Below, piece by piece: positions 36,802 to 43,621 of a stretch of 43,621 nucleotides of DNA. Location of the stretch: assembly GCA_007280315.1 (NCBI GenBank), contig QYQC01000162.1, positions 1-43,621 on the forward strand, written 5' to 3'. Position 1 is the first letter of the stretch, and each line of letters starts with the position of its first letter. Source of the stretch: Betaproteobacteria bacterium. GTDB taxonomy: Bacteria; Pseudomonadota; Gammaproteobacteria; Burkholderiales; SG8-39. Position numbers and translations under genes: made by a program. Under the pieces are notes generated by a model that made no database searches, was not told the origin of the DNA, and saw only the letters and a program-made list of their open reading frames with translations.

Positions 36802-37878
36802 ATGAGTACCACCTACAGAATTCTGATCATGGGCGCTTCCTACGGTTCGCTCCTGGGAACCAAGCTCGCGCTCGCGGGACACTCGGTAAAGTTGGTATGC
36901 CTTCCGGCCGAGGCAAAGTTGATCAACGAGGAAGGTGCCATCGTGCGCCTGCCGGTGAAGGGCCGCGACGGGCTGGTCGAGGTCAATTCGAAAAAATTGC
37001 CCGGACAATTGTCCGCCGGCGGCACCACTGCCTTCAACCCGGCTGATTTCGATCTGGTTGCGCTCGCCATGCAGGAGCCGCAGTATCGTTCGCCGGGCGT
37101 GCGCGAGCTGCTCGACGCGGTGGCCATAGCACGGGTCCCGTGCATGTCGATCATGAACATGCCGCCGCTACCGTACCTGGCGCGCATTCCGGGCATCAAT
37201 GTCGCCGCGTGCAGGAGCTGTTACACCGACCCGGGCGTGTGGGACCGGTTCGATCCCAAATTGATGACCTTGTGCAGCCCGGACCCGCAGGCATTTCGCC
37301 CGCCGGACGACAAGGTGAATGTGCTTCAGGTCAGGCTGCCGACCAACTTCAAGTCGGCCCGCTTCGATGCCGATGCCCATACTGCGATTTTGCGCCGGCT
37401 GGAAGCGGATATCGAAGCCTCGCGCTTCGACGCGGGCGAGGGCAGGATAGAATTGCCGGTCAAGCTGAAGGTGCACGATTCGGTGTTCGTGCCGTTGGCG
37501 AAATGGAGCATGCTGCTGGCCGGCAACTACCGCTGCGTACAAAGGGACGGAATGATTCCAATCAAGGACGCCGTGCACCGCGACATCGAAGCATCGCGCG
37601 CGGTCTACAACTGGGTGGTGAAATTGTGCGTGTCCCTGGGCGCGGCGGAAAACGATCTGGTGCCGTTTGAAAAATACGCCGGCGCGGCAAAATCACTGGC
37701 GAGCCCGTCTTCCGCAGCGCGCGCGCTGGCCGCCGGCGCGCGCAATATCGAGCGGACAGACCGTCTGGTGCAAGCCATAGCGGCTCAAAAAGGCATGCGC
37801 TCCGACGTCGTCGATCGCACCGTCGCGCTGGTCGACGGCTGGCTGGAGGCGAATCGAAGCAAGGTGGCAGCGGCATAA
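36802..37878 (+). CDS. NAD(P)-binding protein, ketopantoate-reductase (ApbA/PanE)-like N-terminal domain, function unknown
   Basis: Start MSTTYRILIMGASYGSLLGTKLALAGHSVKLV (Rossmann GxSxG). The remainder is not recognised with confidence. Confidence 0.55.
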   Translation: MSTTYRILIMGASYGSLLGTKLALAGHSVKLVCLPAEAKLINEEGAIVRLPVKGRDGLVEVNSKKLPGQLSAGGTTAFNPADFDLVALAMQEPQYRSPGVRELLDAVAIARVPCMSIMNMPPLPYLARIPGINVAACRSCYTDPGVWDRFDPKLMTLCSPDPQAFRPPDDKVNVLQVRLPTNFKSARFDADAHTAILRRLEADIEASRFDAGEGRIELPVKLKVHDSVFVPLAKWSMLLAGNYRCVQRDGMIPIKDAVHRDIEASRAVYNWVVKLCVSLGAAENDLVPFEKYAGAAKSLASPSSAARALAAGARNIERTDRLVQAIAAQKGMRSDVVDRTVALVDGWLEANRSKVAAA

Positions 37879-37930
37879 GACTGTTGCGCGCCGTCTCCGC
37901 GCGTCCCGCGCGGGAGTTCCGCCGCGGCGC

Positions 37931-38581
37931 TCATTTTCTGCGCGGCGGCTTATGCAGGCACAGCTTCTGCGCTTCGCGCTCCAGCGGATCGCGCAGGCGC
38001 AGCAGCTTCACCTGCTTCCTCGCGATGAGCGGGTAGTGGCGTGCCGCGTCCAGCGCCCAGCCCAGGTCCCAGCAACTCTTCTTCTGCGTAACCCAGGTCG
38101 CCGGGTCGAGGCGGCGCAGGTCGAAAGCGGCCGAATAGCTGCGCAACGTCTTCTGCTGGCGCTTGTTGCAGTATTCGTGGAAATAAGACATCGCGAGTTC
38201 GCGCAGGCTGCGATACACCGGATCGCGCCAGCGCAGAATCGGATGGTTGGTCTTGGATATGGCGCCCCAGCAGCCATTGCGGCGGAACAACGCCACCACG
38301 TGGTCGCTGTCGCGTTCCGCCTTGAGATCCATCAGCAGCGGCGGCTCGCCATGCACCCACAGCGCGGCGGCTGCGATCACCGCGCCCTCGATGCACAGCG
38401 CCCGGCGCTGGCCCAGGGCTTCGCGAACCGACAGGCAGGTTTCGCCGCCGATTTCGAAATTCTGCGGAATCGCGTCGAGATACGCTTGTATCTTCTCCGG
38501 CGTTTTAAGACGCCTGAGGATCGCAAATTCGGCTTTGGTCAGCCCCAGGTCCTCGCGACCGGCGCTGCGCTTATTCTTCAT
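37931..38581 (-). CDS. hypothetical protein with papain/transglutaminase-like Cys-His signature
   Basis: 216 aa. RRALCIEGAVIAAAAL (candidate nucleophile Cys) and DSDHVVALFRRNGCWGAISKTN (candidate His). ATGA overlap with the upstream TfoX-like gene. Confidence 0.5.
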   Translation of the reverse strand: MKNKRSAGREDLGLTKAEFAILRRLKTPEKIQAYLDAIPQNFEIGGETCLSVREALGQRRALCIEGAVIAAAALWVHGEPPLLMDLKAERDSDHVVALFRRNGCWGAISKTNHPILRWRDPVYRSLRELAMSYFHEYCNKRQQKTLRSYSAAFDLRRLDPATWVTQKKSCWDLGWALDAARHYPLIARKQVKLLRLRDPLEREAQKLCLHKPPRRK

Positions 38582-39054
38582 TCTGTCCGTTTGCCGCGCT
38601 TGACCGGTTTTGCCGGCCTCGTGGTTTTCTTTCTTGCGGGCGTTCTGCCGCTGCGTTCCGCCGCCGGAGTCGGCTTTGTCGTTCGCGCGAGTTTCCGCGC
38701 CGCCTGCGCTTGTCCGGCAACCTGTTTCTTCGCGTTCGCGCGCAACGCCGCGGCGTAGGCGGTGCGCGCCCAGGGCAGCATCTGTTCGGGCGACTCCATC
38801 GCGTCCGCCGGCGCGCGGAAGAAATTTAGCGCGGCACGCTTGCCCTTGCGCACATAGCCGAACATTTCGCAGCCCGCCTGCTCGAATTCGATGCGGTTCA
38901 TCTCGTCCGCCTTCAGATACAGCATTTCCCCGGCCACGATGGCGAACATCAGGCCGTCGAGGTACACGCCGTAGCCGCCGAACATGCGGCGCGCCGCGAC
39001 CGTGCCGAACGGCCCGAACAACTCCATCACGTATTCGACGAATTCGTCCGACAT
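38578..39054 (-). CDS. TfoX/Sxy N-terminal-domain protein with Lys/Arg-rich C-terminal tail
   Basis: Start at MSDEFVEYVMELFG. RRMFGGYGVYLDGLMFAIVAGEMLYLKAD is the TfoX_N signature. The tail is AKKQVAGQAQAARKLARTTKPTPAAERSGRTPARKKTTRPAKPVKRGKRTE. Confidence 0.75.
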   Translation of the reverse strand: MSDEFVEYVMELFGPFGTVAARRMFGGYGVYLDGLMFAIVAGEMLYLKADEMNRIEFEQAGCEMFGYVRKGKRAALNFFRAPADAMESPEQMLPWARTAYAAALRANAKKQVAGQAQAARKLARTTKPTPAAERSGRTPARKKTTRPAKPVKRGKRTE

Positions 39055-39146
39055 CGCTTTGCCTGTTGGAGAACTACCGTTTCCGATTGTAGGGCCTGGC
39101 GCCGCCCTGGCCAAGCGGCCTCTCGCGGCCTCTCGCTTGTGCACTA

Positions 39147-40451
39147 TCAGAACAGGGGCCGGCCCAGCGCAAAAAACATGGCGGCGACTGCGAGCGCCAT
39201 GATCAGGGTGGCGAGCCAGCCCAGGATTCTGAGCTGGCGCTTGATGGTAAATCGGCCCATGATTTCCGGCCGCACCGCCATCAGCATCATGACTGCCATG
39301 ATCGGTACCGAAATCACGCCGTTAATGACCGCGCTCCATATGAGCGCCCTGACAGGCGGAATGTCGGTGAAATTCAGCGCGACGCCAACGAGCGTCGCCA
39401 CCGTCAGAATAGTGTAAAAGCCGCGCGCCTCCGCCAGCCGCAAGCCCAATCCGATCGGCCAGCGGAACGACTCCGCCACCGCGTAAGCCGCCGATCCCGC
39501 GAGGATCGGGATGGCGAGCATGCCGGTGCCGATGATCCCCGCGGCGAACAGCGCGAACGCGAATTCGCCTCCGATCGGCCGCAGCGCTTCGGCGGCCTGC
39601 GCCGAACTCTGAATGTCGGTGATGCCGTGTACGTTGAGCGTCGCCGCGGCGGTCAGCATGATGAAAAAGGCGACCGTGTTCGAAAAGATCATGCCGACAT
39701 AGGTATCGAGCTTGATCCGGCTGAGGTGCGCCCTCGCCTGCCCCGGCGCCTCGCGCAGCGGCTCCTCCCCGGGTCCTGCGCGCTGCTCTTCGACTTCCTG
39801 CGACGCTTGCCAGAAAAACAAATACGGGCTGATGGTGGTGCCGAACACCGCGACCAGCGTGAGCAGGTAGTCGGCATCGAGCTGGGTGGGTGGCACCAGC
39901 GCGCGCCACAGCACCTCGCCCCAGGGAATCTGCACCACGAACGCAGTGGCGACGTAGGCGAACAACGTGAGTGTCAGCCATTTCAGAATCGGCGCGTAGC
40001 GCGGAAACGGGATGAACACCTGCAACCCGAGCGACAGCATGGCAAAGGCGACGATGGCCAGATGCGGCGATCCGCCGATGAGCAGGCGCAAGGCGGCGGC
40101 CATGGCGCCCAGGTCAACGGCGATGTTGATGGTGTTCGCCACCAGCAGCAGGCCGACCACGCCGTGCAGCAGCCAGCGCGGGTAGTGCTCGCGAATATTG
40201 GCCGCAAGCCCGTGGCCGGTCACCCGGCCGATACGTGCGCTGACAATCTGGATGCCGATCATCAGCGGCAGTGTGAACAGTATCGACCAGAGCATGCCAT
40301 AGCCGAACTGGGCGCCGGCCTGCGAATAGGTTGCTATGCCGCTTGGATCGTCATCGGCGGCGCCGGTGACCAGGCCCGGTCCGAGCCGCTTCAGCAGCGG
40401 CGTGGCTGGCTTGGCGGCCGGGGAGCGGCCGGGCGAGAGCGCTTTTTTCAT
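39147..40451 (-). CDS. NRAMP-family divalent metal cation transporter
   Basis: 434 aa. LGPGLVTGAADDDPSGIATYSQAGAQFGYGMLW signature and about 11 TM helices. Confidence 0.88.
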   Translation of the reverse strand: MKKALSPGRSPAAKPATPLLKRLGPGLVTGAADDDPSGIATYSQAGAQFGYGMLWSILFTLPLMIGIQIVSARIGRVTGHGLAANIREHYPRWLLHGVVGLLLVANTINIAVDLGAMAAALRLLIGGSPHLAIVAFAMLSLGLQVFIPFPRYAPILKWLTLTLFAYVATAFVVQIPWGEVLWRALVPPTQLDADYLLTLVAVFGTTISPYLFFWQASQEVEEQRAGPGEEPLREAPGQARAHLSRIKLDTYVGMIFSNTVAFFIMLTAAATLNVHGITDIQSSAQAAEALRPIGGEFAFALFAAGIIGTGMLAIPILAGSAAYAVAESFRWPIGLGLRLAEARGFYTILTVATLVGVALNFTDIPPVRALIWSAVINGVISVPIMAVMMLMAVRPEIMGRFTIKRQLRILGWLATLIMALAVAAMFFALGRPLF

Positions 40452-40586
40452 GGTCGGGGCCGATTCCGAATGCGACCGCGTCGCGGCACGACGCCGCGCG
40501 GTGGCCGCGCGCAGTCTAGCGCATTCTTTCGACGTCGAGCGGGATAATTTCGACGGCAGGCGCCGCCGGTCGCGCCGGAGGCGCGG

Positions 40587-41795
40587 CTACAGCCAGCGCT
40601 GCATCGAATAGCCGCCGATCAGCGGCCGCTGCATCGCGGCGCGGAACATCTGCCGGCCCCACTTGAATTCCTTGTACAGCACGATAAAACGCCACAGGTC
40701 GCGCATCACCTTGGCGCGATCGCGCCAGGGGAGGGCCATCAGCGCTGCGGGAAAGTCGGCTTCGTGCGGGCGGTCAAAGGCGATTTTGAGCGGATTCCAC
40801 TGGTCCGACGTGCGCCGCACTTCGGAAGCGATCATGCGCCGGTACATGTCCTGCACCGGCAGGTTGCGCGCACGTGCCTCGACCACCGCTTCACCGCTGA
40901 TCGCGCCCGAATGCAGCGCGCAACTCATACCCTCGCCGATCATGTTGAGAAAACCCGCCGCCTGGCCGGTGATCAGCACGTTGCCTTTGCCGAACACGTA
41001 GCGATTGATCAGCGACGGTCCGAAATTCTCGCCGCAGCCCTCGTCATCGGTGTGCGGGTGCAGGCGTACGCCATGCTTCTCGGCCAGATAGTTCACCACG
41101 TTTTCGTGCTTCCTGGCGAAATTGTCGCCGCGCTTGAACCCGACGCCGACGATCTGCCGCCCGTCGCGGGCGTGGCTCCAGGTGTAATGCCCCAGACCGG
41201 GATGGAACCAGAAATGGAAGTAATCGGGAGACAGCGGGCAATCGATAATGTCGTGGAATTTCTGTCCGACGAAAAACCAGGGAATGGACTGCGGGTAGTC
41301 AGGATAGATGGCGCGGATCACAAGCGAACTCGGTCCGTCGGCGCCGATCACCTGGCGCGCGCGGTATTCGACCGGCTCACCGTCTTTTCTCGCTTGCACA
41401 AGCACGTGATCGCCATTGTCCTCGAGCCCCGCGAACGAGGTGCGGTCGTGCACTTCGGCGCCGCTCGACTTGATCGCCCAGTAGTCGGAATACTTGCGGT
41501 GCAGATGCGGCGTGGTGCCGCCGAAAAAATCCATCGGCAGCGACACCATGCTGGGGAAATGGAAAGTCACGCCGCGGCACGAAGTCGGCTCGTGCAGCGC
41601 CTCGCGCGGCAAGGGACCGAAATTCTCCAGCAGGAAACGATGCCCGCGCGGCGACAGTATGCCGCTGCAGATCTTGTGGCGCGGGAGTTCCTTCCTCTCC
41701 AGCACGATGGTTTCCAGGCCGGCGTCCACCAGCCGCTTCGCTGCGGCCGCCGCCGACAGGCTGGCGCCGACGATGATTACGTCAACCGAGCGCAT
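40587..41795 (-). CDS. FAD-dependent oxidoreductase, geranylgeranyl-reductase/FixC-like superfamily
   Basis: DVIIVGASLSAAAAAKRLVDAGLETIVLERK dinucleotide fold, KICSGILSP, VIGADGPSS, ITGQAAGFLN. Confidence 0.75.
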   Translation of the reverse strand: MRSVDVIIVGASLSAAAAAKRLVDAGLETIVLERKELPRHKICSGILSPRGHRFLLENFGPLPREALHEPTSCRGVTFHFPSMVSLPMDFFGGTTPHLHRKYSDYWAIKSSGAEVHDRTSFAGLEDNGDHVLVQARKDGEPVEYRARQVIGADGPSSLVIRAIYPDYPQSIPWFFVGQKFHDIIDCPLSPDYFHFWFHPGLGHYTWSHARDGRQIVGVGFKRGDNFARKHENVVNYLAEKHGVRLHPHTDDEGCGENFGPSLINRYVFGKGNVLITGQAAGFLNMIGEGMSCALHSGAISGEAVVEARARNLPVQDMYRRMIASEVRRTSDQWNPLKIAFDRPHEADFPAALMALPWRDRAKVMRDLWRFIVLYKEFKWGRQMFRAAMQRPLIGGYSMQRWL

Positions 41796-41813
41796 TGCTG
41801 TATGCCTTGTTCA

Positions 41814-42821
41814 TCATGTTCCATCATCCGCCAATTCCGCCAGGTGCACCACCGGACACTCGCTGACCTGACCGAAGGCGGCGCGGTCCTCCATGCTCTC
41901 CACCACGATGCGGGAGATATTGCGTCCCTGCAGTATCCAGCGCGGCTGGATCGATTCATCGTCGGCGCCGTCGGCGGTTTCCGGGCCCAAGCGTTGCGAC
42001 AGGCCGCGGGCAGTGGCCGGAATCGCGATGCGCTGCAAATCAAGGTTGAAGCAGCAACCCGCGGCTGCGCGCAGGCCATCGTAATACTTGACCAGGCGCT
42101 GGTAATCGGAATGATAGGCGCGCGGTTCGATCACGTACAGGTCGCCCGCGCGCAATGCGCCGCGCACGCGCGGCAGGGCACTCAAGGCTGCGCCCAGGCT
42201 GATGCAGGTTGATCCGGGCAGCCAGCGGCGCAAGTGGCGCAGCATCAGTCCGTCGGCGACGATGAGTGTCCTGATTCCGCGTAAAGGCGCAAGAAACCGG
42301 TCCAGGCGCTCCGCCGGAATCTGCGCGCCGGCTTCCAGCGCGAGCGCGATATCCTGACCGTCGTCATCCGCAATCGGCATGTTTTCCGCGGCGCCAAGCA
42401 GCGCTGCCGTCCGCGAAAGAATGTCGGGGTGTGCGCGCAGCGCCTCGCCCGCGAGCAGCACTGACGCAGAGGATGTCCGCGGCGCCAGCGGCCGCTGCGT
42501 TTGCGCGGCCATGCGCGCAAGCAGGCTTTCCATCGCGGCGGGTTGCAGCAGCTGGTGGCGCAGGTCCAGCGTCATCGCGACCAGATCGATTTCCTCCGGG
42601 CACACCGGTTCGCAGGCGGCGCACAGGGTGCAAGTGTTGACGGAGTCGGCGATGTCGGCCGGGCCGGCGCCATGTTGCAGTGCCTTGGCACGACCGAGGG
42701 GCGTCAGGCCAAGGTCGTGGCTGCGGCGCCACAGCGGGCACACCAGCAGGCACAGGCCGCAGCCGCTGCAAGAGGCAAAGCCCTTGCGCCGCCGTGGCGT
42801 GCTGTGTGTGAGGCCGAGCAT
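41814..42821 (-). CDS. 2x[4Fe-4S] ferredoxin-domain protein, GlcF/GlpC/HdrD-like but lacking intact CCG motifs
   Basis: Start at MLGLTHS (cat 42819-42821), 2 nt after the upstream stop. CSGCGLCLLVCP and CTLCAACEPVCP. The C-terminal domain has VLLAGEAL and AAGCCFNLD where GlcF carries the Cys-rich CCG repeats. Confidence 0.7.
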   Translation of the reverse strand: MLGLTHSTPRRRKGFASCSGCGLCLLVCPLWRRSHDLGLTPLGRAKALQHGAGPADIADSVNTCTLCAACEPVCPEEIDLVAMTLDLRHQLLQPAAMESLLARMAAQTQRPLAPRTSSASVLLAGEALRAHPDILSRTAALLGAAENMPIADDDGQDIALALEAGAQIPAERLDRFLAPLRGIRTLIVADGLMLRHLRRWLPGSTCISLGAALSALPRVRGALRAGDLYVIEPRAYHSDYQRLVKYYDGLRAAAGCCFNLDLQRIAIPATARGLSQRLGPETADGADDESIQPRWILQGRNISRIVVESMEDRAAFGQVSECPVVHLAELADDGT

Positions 42822-42823
42822 GC

Positions 42824-43621
42824 CTAGAAAATAGCGTGACGATTGAGGATCATCGCCGGATCGGCCGCGCGCTTCATGGCGAGGTGCCGGTCCACCAGAT
42901 CGTCGCCGAACGCGCGCCGGATATAGCCCTTCATCATGCCGCCGAAACGATAGTAGCTCGCGCCCATGTCGACGCCGATATCGTAAATCTCGTTCTTGAA
43001 CGATTGCAGCGTGTCGCGGCTGTAGGTCCCTTTGTCCAGCATCGGCTCGAATTCGCAGCCGTAGGCCCATCCTTCGGCATCGGGCGGAATACAGGACATT
43101 TCGTAATGGCTTCTATGCTCCGGGCGCAGCCGGATGCCGACCAGGTAAAGCGTGTAGTGAGAAAAGTACTTCCGGCAAACCGCATTGCCGCGCTCCACTG
43201 CTTCGACGAACTTCGTGGCCGAAGTCGCCAGGTCGGGAATCACCATCTGCCGGCTGCCCCAGAACTTCCACACCGCGCGCGAAAACACGACGCTGCGGTC
43301 GAACATCATTCCGTCACGCATGTATTCCGATCGCTGCAGTTCTGGAAACAGTTCGCGCTTGCGTTGCAGCAGGTACCAGGCTTCGCCGAGTTTCCACGGG
43401 CGCAGGGCATAGTGCGCCAGCATGCGCAGGCCGAAACCGAATTCACCGTAGCCGCGCAGCCGCGGCCGCCAGTCGGCCATGAACGCCGCTTCACGCGCGG
43501 CGGAATCGAACGCCAGCAGGACGTTCACCGCGCAGTCCATGATGGTGAGTATCCCCGAATAATCGCTGGCGTCATTGCGGTCGAGCAGCTGCAGGTCTTC
43601 AATGGCCGGGCGCAGCGAGTC
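42824..43621 (-). CDS. FAD-linked (VAO/PCMH-type) oxidase, C-terminal part (gene continues beyond the right edge)
   Basis: The frame stays open from 43621 (DSLRPAIEDLQLLDRNDASDYSGILTIMDCAV...), so the listed M at 43540 is internal. C-terminus ...YRFGGMMKGYIRRAFGDDLVDRHLAMKRAADPAMILNRHAIF resembles the FAD-oxidase_C ending (xxDPxxILNP-like). Confidence 0.6.
   Translation of the reverse strand, partial: DSLRPAIEDLQLLDRNDASDYSGILTIMDCAVNVLLAFDSAAREAAFMADWRPRLRGYGEFGFGLRMLAHYALRPWKLGEAWYLLQRKRELFPELQRSEYMRDGMMFDRSVVFSRAVWKFWGSRQMVIPDLATSATKFVEAVERGNAVCRKYFSHYTLYLVGIRLRPEHRSHYEMSCIPPDAEGWAYGCEFEPMLDKGTYSRDTLQSFKNEIYDIGVDMGASYYRFGGMMKGYIRRAFGDDLVDRHLAMKRAADPAMILNRHAIF

Noticed and set aside
42118-42135. 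tRNA T-loop-like string gcggttcgatcac
   Set aside because: It sits inside the Fe-S protein coding sequence with no acceptor or anticodon stems around it. I found no tRNA-like cloverleaf anywhere in the window.

Overview
High-GC proteobacterial chromosomal segment; the gene content and local synteny look betaproteobacterial, which is inference. I can support about 48 protein-coding genes. I found no rRNA, tRNA, CRISPR array, transposase, integrase or reverse transcriptase. Both window edges cut through genes that the ORF track omits because they have no stop codon in the window: leuS on the left and a FAD-linked oxidase on the right. Core housekeeping genes (leuS, uvrD, ilvA, slt, cca, ttcA, 5-formyl-THF cyclo-ligase, pteridine reductase) alternate with stretches that look lower in GC by eye. 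These are 8.9-12.6 kb (BRO-N-like membrane protein, Crp/Fnr regulator, orphan ABC substrate-binding protein, DsrE-like protein, two unusually long non-coding gaps) and 19.6-25.6 kb (eleven co-directional small enzyme genes, including a truncated thioesterase). I do not see a canonical defence, mobile or secretion system, and no single locus is an unambiguous novel system. The best candidates for something undescribed are listed here. (1) The ttcA locus has a 287-bp hairpin-rich insert bounded by an imperfect duplication of the ttcA start, and 55 bp downstream of ttcA a phage YdaS/Cro-like HTH is fused in frame to a class-V aminotransferase. (2) A REP-like double-hairpin element is inserted in frame inside the essential leuS gene. 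(3) The cassette-like array at 19.6-25.6 kb. (4) A partial three-gene flavoprotein/Fe-S operon at the right edge with a degenerate GlcF-like subunit. (5) A translationally coupled pair: a TfoX_N protein with a basic tail, and a Cys/His papain- or transglutaminase-like protein. All functional calls come from my own reading of the translated ORFs and motif recall, since no database search was possible.
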